Positions 11,412 through 23,585 of a DNA stretch of 63,982 nucleotides are shown here, piece by piece; position 1 is the stretch's first letter; each line of letters opens with the position of its first letter. Source of the stretch: Sphyrna mokarran (lineage: Eukaryota); contig JAGIQG010000040.1 in NCBI GenBank assembly GCA_024679065.1, positions 6,882,019 to 6,946,000 of the forward strand, in the 5' to 3' direction. The position numbers and the translations under genes are program-made. The notes below the pieces were generated by a model. That model saw nothing but the letters and a program-made list of their open reading frames with translations. It made no database searches and was not told the origin of the DNA.

Positions 11412-11809
11412 TTGGTGCGATGAATAATCCTAAAGTGTACGTTCTGCCACCATCAGCGGCCGAAATTGATTCGGAGAAGACGGCAACTTTGATGTGCATA
11501 GCCACTTGCTTTTATCCTGCTGAGATTTATATCGCTTGGTTGGCCAATGACACGCTTTTAGATTCGGGTTTCCCCAGTCAACCAGTGAGCGAGAAAGAAA
11601 ATGGTTCCATCTTCATTGCCAGCAGATTGAGGCTCACAGCGACGGAGTGGAACACTGGCACAACTTATTCCTGTTTAGTTGGACACCCGTCCCTTGAAAG
11701 GAATTTAATCCGAAGTATAAATAACTCGTATGGTAAACCTACTTTAGTTAACGTTTCGCTTGCCCTAACTGACAGTTTTAAATCTTGTATAATCGCCCGC
11801 CACGATTAA
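11412..11809 (+). CDS. IgW: Terminal constant exon (probable IgW CH6) with contiguous secretory tailpiece
   Basis: tttttctctttttatag acceptor. Motifs PKVYVLPPS, ATLMC, IAW, RLRLTATEW, YSCLVGHPSL. Mu-like tailpiece GKPTLVNVSLALTDSFKSC with NVS sequon. Stop at 11807-11809. Confidence 0.92.
11730..11738 (+). promoter_or_regulatory. Intra-exonic splice donor G|GTAAAC for the membrane form (exon would end at 11732)
   Basis: ATG|GTAAAC at the Gly-Lys start of the tailpiece, the same suboptimal donor motif used in IgM C-mu-4. Phase 1 matches the TM1 acceptor. Confidence 0.7.
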
Positions 11810-12059
11810 ATTGTTCTTTTCTGTAAAAGTGTCACCATTTTCGGTTCATTTTTTTTTTGGTAATTAGAACCAGCAAACCTCGCAATCACATGAAGGCACA
11901 AAGACGCTTTAGGGCAGCAAATACTTGCTTTGTCATTTTGCTAACACATTCAATGAAGGATAAGTGTGTTTAGAATCTGAGATCCTCAAATAAATTTTAT
12001 CGAAGATCTCTTGGAGGCTTTAGGGCCCTTTTTCGATATGTATAGGCCTGACGAGACGC

Positions 12060-12065
12060 AATAAA
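12060..12065 (+). terminator. Probable secretory-form polyadenylation signal (second AATAAA at 11989-11994)
   Basis: AATAAA ~250 nt after the stop codon, followed ~35 nt later by a GT-rich tract (tggtttatgtgtgtg). Confidence 0.65.
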
Positions 12066-13639
12066 TGCAAAATGAAAACTTTCTACTTGCCTATTCCTGG
12101 TTTATGTGTGTGACATATTTGAACGAATGATTTATATTTTCAGGAAAAGATAAATTACGTTTATGCTATAAGATTCCAAATGTGCAATAACTTTGCGTTT
12201 ACCACATTAAAAAAATTAGGCCTCTACCACCTGATCAAACTAATCCATAAGTGGACTTGGCAACTTTATTGACAAGTGATCTTGTGATTTATTCCTTGAC
12301 CATGAAGTCTTTACCCATAGAATGGAATGAATAAAGATGGGGGAACAGCTGTTCAACCTACAGAGCCACATTCATTCACCAATACTGGTTATCTGGTTTA
12401 ACTCTGTTTAATCTAGTTCTAGAAAGGCAACCTGTTTCACAACCTTCGCTTTGCATTACATTAACCCCCCCATATTCTATAACTGGATGCTGCTTCTCGA
12501 TCACAAAATTCAAAGACACCTTTTTCCATTACACTTGCTTGCAGATACTAGCCAGCAGTATCTCATTGCGTTTTGTCTTTTCGCTCCACTGCTCCTCATT
12601 TTTGACGTTGCATATCTGATGCAGCATAGATAGACAGAGACTGACAAGTCCTGAGTTTAATTTTGAGAGCATCAAAATTTTAATCTTTTAACTTCGACAC
12701 ATTCTCATGGTTACCGATTCCAACCAAAACCATCCAAAAGTTTTCACCCCCTTCCTCATTCATTGCATATCCCAATTAACCCATCACCTGTGTGTGTTCA
12801 TCTCTAATGGCTCCCACGTCCAATGGCAACATGAGTTGAAAATTTTACTTCTGTTTTATATGTCCATTGCTTCTATGCTCTGCCAACAGTTTATTGTATT
12901 CCTTCTGGATTTGTTAATGTTGCTGGAAAGGTCAAAATTTGTTTCGTATCCTTAATTTCCCTTGAGATGATAGTGGCGAGCCATTTGGCGTGCACATATG
13001 GTGTATGCGTGCGCACTTAGCTGTAAGTGCGTTACAGAATATTGATCCAGAAATAATGAAGGAAATGGAAATTTGTTGTCAAATATAGATATGTAATTTT
13101 GAGGGCGATTTGGTAGTGGTGCTGGTTCTATGCATCTGCCGCTGTTGTCCATGATGCGATAGAGATCTCGGGGTTTGAAAGCAGCCATCTGAGGACCCAT
13201 GGGGAGTGGTTGCAGTGTTTGCTGTAGAATGTCCACACTGCTGCCACTGTGCATCAGAGTGAAGGGAAAGAAATTGTTTGGAAATCTTAACGAATTGCTA
13301 ATCATGGAGGATTTTTAAAATTCCATTCTTGAGTTAATCACTCCTCTCTGAACTCCATATGCCTCCAATTCAGAACTTGTATCGATCGTCTTTTTTTTTC
13401 CCTATTTTATTATATTATGGGAAGTCGCAGGGAAGGCCATCATTCGTTGCCCATCACAAGCTGTCCTTGCATATCATTTTCTAGGCCATGGCAGAGGGCA
13501 GTTGTGAGTCAAAAATTGCTGTGAGTCTGAAGTCACTTGGAGGACATATGTAAGGATTGACAGATTTCCTTACTTGAGGATATTAATGATGATTTTTTTT
13601 CAATAATTGAATAATTTTCTAATGCCTCGCCATTGCTAA

Positions 13640-16600
13640 AACCTCCATTTTACCAAGTTACTATTTTGAAAAGGAGAGAAAGAGAAAATAGGGAACTATA
13701 GACCGGGCAGCCTAATGCCTCGAATGAGGAATTTTCGAGAGTCCATCACCGACGGCTTCATAGCACAATATTTGAAAACAGTCGTATAATGACACAAAAT
13801 GAGCATATATTTACCAATGGGAAATCATGCGTGATGAACCTTTTGGAATGCTTGGAGGATATAACTAAAAAAGGTGACCAAGGAGAACTGATGAATGTGG
13901 TCTATTTGTTATTTCAGAAGGACTTCTAACATAATGGATTACTATATAAAGTTAATGTGCATGAGATTGTGGATATTGTCCTGAGATGGACAGAAAGCTG
14001 ATTAGCAAAACAGGGAGAAAACAGGCATAAATTGGTCGTTTTTTGGATCGGCAGGATAAGGAAAATTATGTAGGCAGGACCGAAACTGTTCATATTTTAT
14101 ATTAATGATTTGGAAGAGAACAATAAATGTTTTATCTCCAAATGTGCGGATGATAAAATTTGAAGGTGTGCAGGATAAAATTTGAAGCTGTGAGTAGAAT
14201 GCAGTGAAGCTTCAGCGTCAGTAGAACAGACTGAGTGAATGGGCACATGTATGGCCGGTGCATTATAAAATAGTGTGAGTAAATGTGAGACTTTCCATAT
14301 ATCCAATAAAAGGAAGGCAGACTATTCTTTGAATGGATATAAATTGGGAGAGGTAAATACTCAGCGAGACATAAATACTTGGTATCCTCATGTATCAGTC
14401 AGTGAAAATAAGGTGCAGCAGTCAGTAAAGAAACCAAATGCTGTGCTTATCTTCACAGCGAGGAGATCTGAGAATAGGAATAGGGATGTTTTGCTGCAAA
14501 TGTATAGGGCGTTGCTCATGCCACACCTGACGAACTGTGCAGTGTTGGTGTCGTTATCTGAGAAAGGATGTTCAGGATGTTGCAGATCGGGTTTTTAAGA
14601 TTCTTAAGGGTGAAGGGAGTCAGCCCCAAGTCATAGTTCATGTGGGGACACATGACGTAGGTAGGACAAGGGAAGGGGATATTAAACAGAAATTTATGGA
14701 GTTAGGGTGGAAGCTTAGGTCCATAACAGGCAGAGTGGTTATCTCTGGACTCTTGCCTGTGCCAAGAGATAGTTTAGAGATGAACAGAGAAAGGGATAGT
14801 TTGAACTCATGGCTGCGTGGATGGTGCAGGAGGGAGGGGTTCAGGTTCCTTAACAATTGGGACTCATTCTGGGATAGGTGGGACCTCTTCAAGAGAGATG
14901 GTCTACACCTGAACCAGAGGGGGACTAATATCTTGGGGGGAAAATTTGCTAAGGCTATGATGGGGGCTTTAAACTGATTCGGGGGGGGGGTGGGATCCTA
15001 AGTAGTTGGGGTGCCGAGAGGGATGAGAGTAAGGGGGTTATAGAGGAGAGTTGTAAAACACAGCGGCGTACGGGTGGGGTGGGGCATGGTTTGAGATGCG
15101 TATACTTTAATGCAAGGAGTATTCGCAATAAGGGGGAGGAACTTGCAGTTTGGACCAGTACTTGGAACTTCGATGCTGTGGCCATTTCAGAGACTTGGGT
15201 AGAGCAGGGACAGGAATGGATGTTGCAGGTTCCGGGGTACAAATGCTTTAGTCGGAGTAGAGAAGGAGGTAGAAGGGGGGGAGGAGTGGCGTTATTGGTC
15301 AAAGACTGTATCACGGTGATAGAAAAGAAGTTTGATGAGGACTTGTCTGTTGAGGTAGTATGGGCTGAGATTAGAAACAGGAGAGGAGAGGTCACCCTGT
15401 TGGGAGTCTTTTACAGACCTCCTAATAGTTCTAGAGAGGTGGAGGAAAGGATTGCGAAGTCAATTCTGATTAGGAGTGAAAGTAGTAGGGTAGTTGTGAT
15501 GGGGGACTTTAACTTTGCTAATATTGATTGGAATAGCTATAGCTCTAGCTCGTTAGAGGGGTCAGTTTTCGTACAGAGTGTGCAGGAAGGTTTTTTGACT
15601 CAGTATGTAGATAGGCCAACTAGAGGTGAGGCTACATTGGATTTGGTGCTGGGCAATGAGCCAGACCAGGTGTTAGGCTTGGAAGTTAGTGAACATTTTG
15701 GTGATAGTGACCACAATTCGGTTACGTTCACCTTAGTGATGGACAGGGATAGGCATGAAGCTGGGGGCTGTAGTTATAGCTGGGGGAAGGGTAATTATGA
15801 GGCCATCAGGAGAGAATTAGGGTGCATAGATTGGACTAGGGAACTACAGGGACTGGGAACATCTGGAATGTGGTGCTTATTCAAGGAGCAGCTGCTGCGA
15901 GTCCTTGATAAGTATGTCCCTGTCAGGCAGGGAGGAAATGGACGAGTAAGAGAGCCTTGGTGTACGAAAAAAGTTGATTTGCTGGTTAAGAAGAAAAAGG
16001 AGGCTTATGTCAGGATGAGGCTTGAAGGCTCAGATAGTGCAATGGATAGCTATAGATTAGCCAGGAAGGAGGTAAAAAGTGAATTGAGGAGAGCTAAGAG
16101 GGGACACGAGAAGATGTTGGCTGATAGGATTAAGGAGAATCCTAAAGCTTTCTTTCGATATGTTAAGAATAGAAGATTGGTTAGGGCAAGATTAGGGCCA
16201 GTCATAGACAGCAGTGGGAAGTTGTGCGTGGAGCCTGAAGAGATTGGTGAGGCACTGAATAAATATTTCTCTTCGGTATTCACGCAGAGTGCTGGAAATG
16301 TAGCTGTGGAGAGCACTGAGGTACAGGGTTGCAAATTGGGGAGTATTGTAGTAGATAGGGAGGATGTGTTAGAAATTCGAGGGTTTGAAGTTGGATAAGT
16401 CCCCTGGGCCGGACGGGATTTACCCTAGGATTCTCTGGGAGGCAAGAGAGGAGATTGCAGAGCCTCTGGCTCTGATCTTCAGGTCCTCGTTGGTTACGGG
16501 TGTGGTTCCGGAGGACTGGAGGATAGCGAATGTGGTCCCATTGTTTAAGAAGGGGAAGAGAGACCTTCCAGGGAATTATAGGCCAGTGAGTCTTACTTCT

Positions 16601-18435
16601 GTTGTGGGCAAAGTATTGGAGAGAATTATTAGGGATAGGATTTATAGTTATTTAGAGAGAAATGAATTGATTGGGGATAGTCAGCATGGTTTCGTGAAGG
16701 GTAGGTCATGCCTTACTAACCTCATTGAGTTTTTTGAGAAAGTGACCAGAGAGGTGGATGGGGGTAAGGCGGTTGATGTAGTATATATGGACTTTAGTAA
16801 GGCGTTTGATAAGGTGGCCCATGGAAGACTTCTACAGAAAATGCAGATGTGTGGAATAGAGGGTGATTTAGCTAATTGGATTAGGAATTGGCTGGCCGAT
16901 AGAAGACGGAGGGTGGTGGTTGATGGGAGATATTCATCGTGGAGTTCGGTGACGAGTGGTGTGCCTCAGGGGTCTGTTTGGGGGCCCCTGCTGTTTGTAA
17001 TTTTTATAAATGATCTGGATGAGGGTATTGAGGGATGGATCAGTAAATTTGCAGATGATACTAAAGTTGGTGGAGTGGTAGATAGTGAAGAGGGGTGTTT
17101 TAGTTTACAGAGTGACTTGGACAAGTTGCAGAGCTGGGCCGAGAGGTGGCAAATGGAGTTTAATGTGGAAAAGTGTGAGGTAATGCACTTTGGCAGGAAC
17201 AATAAATGTGTAGAGTATAGGGCTAATGGTAGGACTCTTAATAGTGTTGAGGAACAGAAGGATCTTGGTGTATGTGTCAATAGATCCCTGAAAGTAGGCA
17301 GTCAAGTGGATAAAGTTGTTAAGAAGGCATATGGAGTCTTAGCTTTTATTGGTAGGGGGATTGAATTTCGGAGCCGCAACGTCATGTTGCAACTGTACAA
17401 AACTCTAGTGCGGCCGCACTTGGAGTATTGTGTGCAGTTCTGGTCCCCACATTATAAGAAAGATGTGGAGGCATTGGAGAGGGTACAGAGGAGGTTTACC
17501 AGGATGTTGCCTGGTATGGAGGGCAGGTCCTATGAAGAGAGGTTGAAGGATTTGAGGTTGTTTTCGTTAGAAAGGAGGCGGCTAAGAGGGGATCTTATTG
17601 AAGCATATAAGATGATTAGAGGTTTAGATAGGGTGGACAGTGATAGCCTTTTTCCTAGGATGGAGAAAGCTAGCACGAGGGGACACAGCTTTAAATTAAG
17701 GGGTATGAGTTATAGGACGGATATCAGAGGTAGGTTCTTTACTCAAAGAGTGATTAGGGAGTGGAATGCCCTGCCTGCAGCTGTTGTAGATGCGCCAAGT
17801 TTGGTGGCGTTTAAGAGGTTAGTTGATAAGTATATGGATGAGAAGGGAATGGTTTAGTTAGGAGGGGCATTGCTTTTTATTTTGGTCGGCACAACATCGA
17901 AGGCCGAAGGGCCTGTTCTGTGCTGTATTGTTCTATGTTCTATGTTCTATGTTCTTTCCATAGAGGCAGTGCACGGAAGGTTTATCGAGCTGATTCCTGG
18001 GATGATATATCTATCATATGACGAATGTCTATGTCTATGAGAATTATATTATTTGGAATTTAGAAGTGTGAAAGAGGATCTCACAGTTAATTATAAAATT
18101 CTAACAGAGTGGATTCAGAAAGAATGTTCCCTTTGGTGGGTGAGTTCAGGCTAAATTTCCTAGTTTAAGGATAAGGGCCTTATGAGATTGGGGTGAGGAG
18201 AAATTTCATCACACAGTGAGTTTTTTTTTTGAATTTATTACCACAGTAATTGGTTGAAGTTATATGATTAAAAAAATAAATATATCTCTTCAAGCTAACA
18301 GTTCAAGCTTTATGGGGGTGGCTGGGTAGCGGGATCAGGTTATTGAATTTCATGATCAGCAATTATGAAAATGAATGGTGGAGCAGGCTTTAAGAGATTA
18401 ATGGCTTACTCCTGCTTCTATTTTATGTTTCTATA
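13640..18435 (+). mobile_element. Old decayed CR1 (13640-14573 and 17955-18435) split by the young long CR1
   Basis: Degenerate RT sequence. agaaaggatgttc (ends 14573) rejoins tttccatagaggcagtg (17955), and a CR1 3' UTR ends near 18435. Confidence 0.75.
14569..17954 (+). mobile_element. Young near-full-length CR1 LINE: 5'-truncated ORF1 (SGNH esterase) + ORF2 (APE endonuclease + RT)
   Basis: ORF1 motifs VIVHVGTHD and DGLHLN (stop 14977). ORF2 motifs NARS, ISETW, GDFN, SDH (15079-16398) and PQGS, FADD (16385-17857). One frameshift near 16378 (2-bp loss relative to the copy at 1-990). (ATGTTCT)n tail. Confidence 0.97.
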
Positions 18436-19715
18436 TTATGACTATCGTTCCATGTGCAGGTGTAGATTAAGTTTTCTGATTTCAGTTGCCCGAGTCCGAC
18501 GCAATAGAATAGTTATACGTATTGTTATACGTCCCCCCGTCTAATCTCTTAATTTAACAAGATCTATAAATCACCACTATTTTGCAAAATGTTCGTTCAC
18601 TTAAGCTCTTGTCCGCTTATATGACTAGGCAACAAAGCTTATGAGGAGATGGCCACAAAAAACAATCTGGGGCCTTTTACAACTGTTAAAATGCTGTAAA
18701 AATGGACTTGATGTTGTTGCGCCTTGATCTCAAGCTGCAATTCGGAACTTTGCTTTTGAATGTATCACCCTGTCATTAAAGGCCCAGATTCTATCGTGGA
18801 TATAGAGATAGTTTCTGACTCAGAAGTTGTTTCATTCAAAGTCATATCCAACATTTTGCTCTTTCATCAAGGCTATTAATGCAGCTCGACACTCTTTGTG
18901 TTGCTACAGTCATAATAGTGTTTCAATCGAAACATTTCTTCCTGGCCTGAACCGATTGTTCAGATGTATATTGAATATTCTTTTAGTGAATTACTGGAGC
19001 AGCGATCCCTCCCAGTGTGTGGTCTAAAGCAGCGTTGTATACATTGATAACCCATTAATTGCAACATGGCTTTATTTTTGTCACATCTTATGAGGGTAAA
19101 TTTACTGTATGGATTTAACTGAAACACTTTAAAGTGAAATTGTTTGCTTAAAAAAATTCGGCAACCAGTGAATGACGACCTATGAAGCAGCAATATATTT
19201 ATATGTTGCCATAATCGTCAACCTGGTTAAACCCACATGATGTAACACAGAATACGGCATCTGTCAGCTTATGTAACGACAAGGGGAGACATCAAAAGCT
19301 GAATATTTCAAGGGAATCAGCTGTTTGACTGCTTGCCGGAAAGTAGAGCTGCTTCCCATTCCCTTGGTGTATCAGTTCATTATTGATTTCGTGATGTTGG
19401 AAAATGCACTGACACCAATGGCATATGTCAGTAGATCTCTTTACCAGCCAATGCATGAATACTTCTCGCCTTCTTAAGATACGGATTAAACTTTGCAGAC
19501 AAGAAACTTTGCGAATCAAGGATCATTGCATTGCCCCTACCGGAGTATGTATTCTGATATAACTTAATGCATTGGCTTCGAAACAGTTCAGGGTCCATTA
19601 ATTCATCAATGTTAGCTAGGTTATAGAGAAATGCGTTTGCGCTCAGGTTGGAAAACGTGTTGAAGTGACTAGCCGTGTCTACCTGCCTTAACAGACGCAG
19701 AATTAAACAGATATT

Positions 19716-20000
19716 AAAGCTAGCACGAGGGGACACAGCTTTAAATTAAGGGGTATGAGTTATAGGACGGATATCAGAGGTAGGTTCTTTACTCAAAGAG
19801 TGATTAGGGAGTGGAATGCCCTGCCTGCAGCTGTTGTAGATGCGCCAAGTTTGGTGGCGTTTAAGAGGTTAATTGATAAGTATATGGAAGAGAAGGGAAT
19901 GGTTTAGTTTGGAGGGGCATTGCTTTTTATTTTGGTCGGCACAACATCGAAGGCCGAAGGGCCTGTTCTGTGCTGTAATGTTCTATGTTCTATGTTCTAT
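19716..20000 (+). mobile_element. Young CR1 3' fragment
   Basis: Near-identical to 17666-17950, with tail repeats. Confidence 0.92.
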
Positions 20001-21594
20001 ATTGTTGAGACACTGTGTCTGCAGTAACTGTTACTGTTGCTGTTTGTGCTGTGGTGTGTCTTCATACTGGGAGATGTCATGCTGTGTTTAATGGGTTTGG
20101 TAGCTTTACGTGCTGAAATGTTATTGAATGGAAATTATCCAGTACACAATAAGAATATTTGGCCCATCTATCCATGCCACATTATCTGGGTGAAGTAACT
20201 AGCTGTGTATTTTACACAGTGACAAACGCCTACTTGACAAAAGTTCAACTAATCAAACATAGTGAATCCAATTTGTATCCATGTACTTAAAGTTGATTTA
20301 TATCTGGCTGAACAGGATACACAGTTGCTTTACTTTATTACTGATCCATCAGCAAGTCGCTGGACTTTACTCTGTTTCATTCGTTAACACTATTGAAGGG
20401 CATGTATGGCTCAGTATCGAGTATCAAGTCGGAGCAACAGCCACGTTCATCTTGTATTATTGGAAGGTCTTGTTTTGAGGTGGCATTTACCCTTTCTGAC
20501 ACAGTTATTTAGAACATGTGGCATGCCAGTTCAATAAACTTTCATGTACCAGAAGGTATTAAATTATACAATAAATTTCAAACAAAATGACAAAATAAAA
20601 TCTGCCTTAGGTCAGTTCATGATAAGATTACAATGCTTTACAAATAACTGTAAACGTTAATGTAAGCATAAAACCATTACACTCTCCGCAAAATATCGAA
20701 AAGCATTATCCAAAACAATAGTTTGAAAAAAAAAGATTTTGATTGTAGTGATGCCTTCAGGAGATTGAGAGAATTGTTGATGTCCTTTATAATTCAGGAA
20801 TCCATAAAAAAGGTAGCGTGTCCACATCTGCGAATTTTTCAATGACCGAATACTAGAGCTACTATAGAGAAGCATATGGATTCCATTAGAACTCACTAAC
20901 CTAGTAAACAGAGAACTGTAACTGTAATTTGACAGAACAGCCTTACAAGTCTGGCCGTACCACAATTCTAATATTATGATGAACAAATAACTCCAACCAC
21001 AATGCGCATTGTTGAACACTATTGTGCAGTAGACATACTTTGCCGGTTTGCAGTTGCGTGAAAGAGTTTATCCTATGAATGACTTTTGCCGTCAAATGTC
21101 AATAACTTAACAGATGCGAATACAATCTGCACAATTTAGAAACCTTCAAATCTTCAGCTGAAAACATGACTCATTCCCAGTTCTAATATTCAGTTCTTGT
21201 GTTAATTTAGCATGCGAGCATGATAAGTTAACATGCAAAAGATTTGAGCCCCGCTCAACCCTTCTGTTCAAAATGGAACCGAGTTCAGCTCATAAATAGA
21301 TTTTGATTATGACGGTTGAAAAAATAAGAAAGTAAAATGCAACTCCTGTGATTGGCTCTGTTCACGGGAATATGGGAAGGGTACACAAATGTATCATTTA
21401 AAATAATTCACCTGCCTTCTGTGTCCTATTAGCCTTCAATTATTGCCAACCAGCACGTATCTCCATGTTTTCTGAAATCTATCTCGATCGTCTTTGGACC
21501 TTTTCATCTTCTATTATTTCAGTGTACAATGCAATATATCCAGTCTATTTACAATAAGATTGAATTGACAAAAGCATTCATCTGTTGATTATAG

Positions 21595-21752
21595 AAACCC
21601 CTCCAATAACGGACTTAGTGGACAACGAAGTGGTAGTGGAAGATGGATTGGAAAACATCGATGAAGATCTCAGCACTTCATCAACAGTATTTGCTTTCGT
21701 CACATTGTTCGTTTTCAGTATGATGTACAGCGCATATGTGACAGCTGTCAAG
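21595..21752 (+). CDS. IgW: Ig heavy-chain TM1 exon (acidic spacer + transmembrane helix), IgW/IgD-like
   Basis: gattatag acceptor (phase 1), AAG|gtaata donor (phase 0). Reads ETPPITDLVDNEVVVEDGLENIDEDLSTSSTVFAFVTLFVFSMMYSAYVTAVK, with the conserved F..LF.....YS..VT..K pattern. Lacks the WTTAST of mu-type TMs, favouring IgW over IgNAR/IgM. Confidence 0.9.
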
Positions 21753-22635
21753 GTAATAATAGCTCACAATTGTACGGTAACGTTGTAAATATATGTTCGT
21801 AAATTGAAGGTCATCCACATATATTGCTGCAGCACAAATGGTTAACTAAATTTTCCAACATACACACAATTTGTACTGTTATCACTCTCTTAATTGAATT
21901 TAATGTTCATTTCCATGTCATGCGTAGAAATAATTCATAAGCCTCCAGAACATGAAGCTTAAAGAGAAAATTGAATGTATATGGACATTAGAAGGAAACT
22001 AGGAAATCAGTAAATAATGAATAAATACACTGAATCCAGATTGCAAGTCATTAGAAACGTACAAATATGATGTTTTTGAGAAGTGATCCAAATAATCATG
22101 TAGTAAAAAAACAAGTAGCGTTAAGAATATGTCAGCAGTCTAGTCGATTGGGAGGGGAATCTGCAAACAATGCCTTCACATGACAATGTGGATCTTTGTG
22201 CAGAGATGAAGAAAGCATTGACTCCAAGTTGAGAGGAGATGAATCAATGTGAAAATTCTTGATAATGGAAGGATGGGATTTGGGGTATTGTATATAGGTG
22301 AGGAAAACAGTGACAAGATGTGAGATGAATCATTATGAAACGGTGACGAAAGGTTTACCGAGGAAATCTTGGGGCATGGTGGATAGATGAGGTAAACATT
22401 TCTTATGGAAGAATGGAAGATGAGAAAATTATTGACAGTTGACAAGAAACATTGACAACAAAAGAATTGGAGAAAATATCGGCAAACTGTGGGCACGAAA
22501 ACTACAAGCAATCAAACATATTATCGTTCTCAAATCATAGGTAAGTAAATGGAATTAAACAAACATTGACAGACGAGGATAATAGGAATTTTGAAAATTA
22601 GCTGTTTTACTTGGCCCACCACACATTTATAATTA

Positions 22636-22990
22636 TAGAACCCTACAGTGCAGAAAGAGGCTCTTCAGCCCGTCGAGTTTGCACTGACCACTATCCCTGA
22701 CCCTACCCCCATATTCCTATCTATTTTACCCGCTAACCCCTCTAACCTATGCATCTCAAGACTGCAACGGGCTATTTTAACATGGCCAATCAACCTAACC
22801 CGCACATCTTTGCACTGTGGGAGGAAACCGGAGCACCCGGGGGAAACCCATGCAGACACGAGGAGAATGCACAAACTCCACACAGACAGTGACTTGAGCT
22901 GGGAATTGAACCAAGGTCCCTGGAGTGGTGAAGCAGCAGTGCTAAGCACTGTGTTACCGTGCCGACCCACCACTGTCCTACCGTGCCGCC
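22636..22990 (-). mobile_element. HE1/V-type SINE
   Basis: Core tgtgggaggaaaccggagcacccgg...aaactccacacagacagtgac. Duplicated 5' end (ccgtgccg twice). Confidence 0.9.
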
Positions 22991-23198
22991 CGATTTATGA
23001 TGGGTTGTTCAGTCTTTTAACTGACTAATAACGCATCGTCACCAACTTTTTCAATATGCTTACTGAAAGTAGTCTGTAAAACTCAGTTTTCAAACGAATT
23101 TGGCCTAGTCACATCAGTTTGTTTGCTTTTTTACGTGGGGAAAGTTCCAAATTTTGTCCACCAAACGTGCGGAGAACATTTTTCTGACCTCATCCCAG

Positions 23199-23210
23199 AA
23201 AACAAGCAAG
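23199..23210 (+). CDS. IgW: Candidate 12-nt cytoplasmic micro-exon (KTSK), TM2
   Basis: tttttctgacctcatcccag|AAAACAAGCAAG|gtaagt: branch-like ctgac, strong acceptor, perfect donor, phase 0/0. Confidence 0.65.
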
Positions 23211-23314
23211 GTAAGTTTTAGGTCCATTTCCATTTTCTCATATTTCTCACCAGAGAAAATGTCTACATTAAAAGAGGTATCAATTGATATCAGTAAATTC
23301 AGTGAAATGATTCC

Positions 23315-23576
23315 ATTGCTGTCTCACAGCGCCAGGGGCCCGGCCACAATTCCATCCTTGTGTGACTGTGTGTATATAATTTTCACATTCTACTTCTTTT
23401 TGCGTAGGTTTCCAGTGCTTCCTTTGCACAATCCGGAAGTATGCAGTTTAAGCAGACTGGCCATGGAAAATTGTCCGTTAGAGTCCCAACACATGTAGGT
23501 CAAAGGAATTTGCTCAGTAAACGGGGCGAGAATCAGGGTAAGATATTCTGTCAGGAAGTCGGTGTGGTTTAAATGG
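23315..23576 (+). mobile_element. Decayed HE1-type SINE abutting the R2 3' end
   Basis: tgctgtctcacagcgccagggg...gactggccatggaaaattgtcc matches the other HE1 copies. Confidence 0.75.
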
Positions 23577-23585
23577 ATTTGGCTA

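Noticed and set aside
1469-11809. Calling the locus IgNAR
   Set aside because: The C exons are homologous to IgNAR C2-C5, but the non-mu-like TM1, the micro-exon tail and the interspersed Cys-rich Sec exon fit IgW better. Not fully excluded without the V region.
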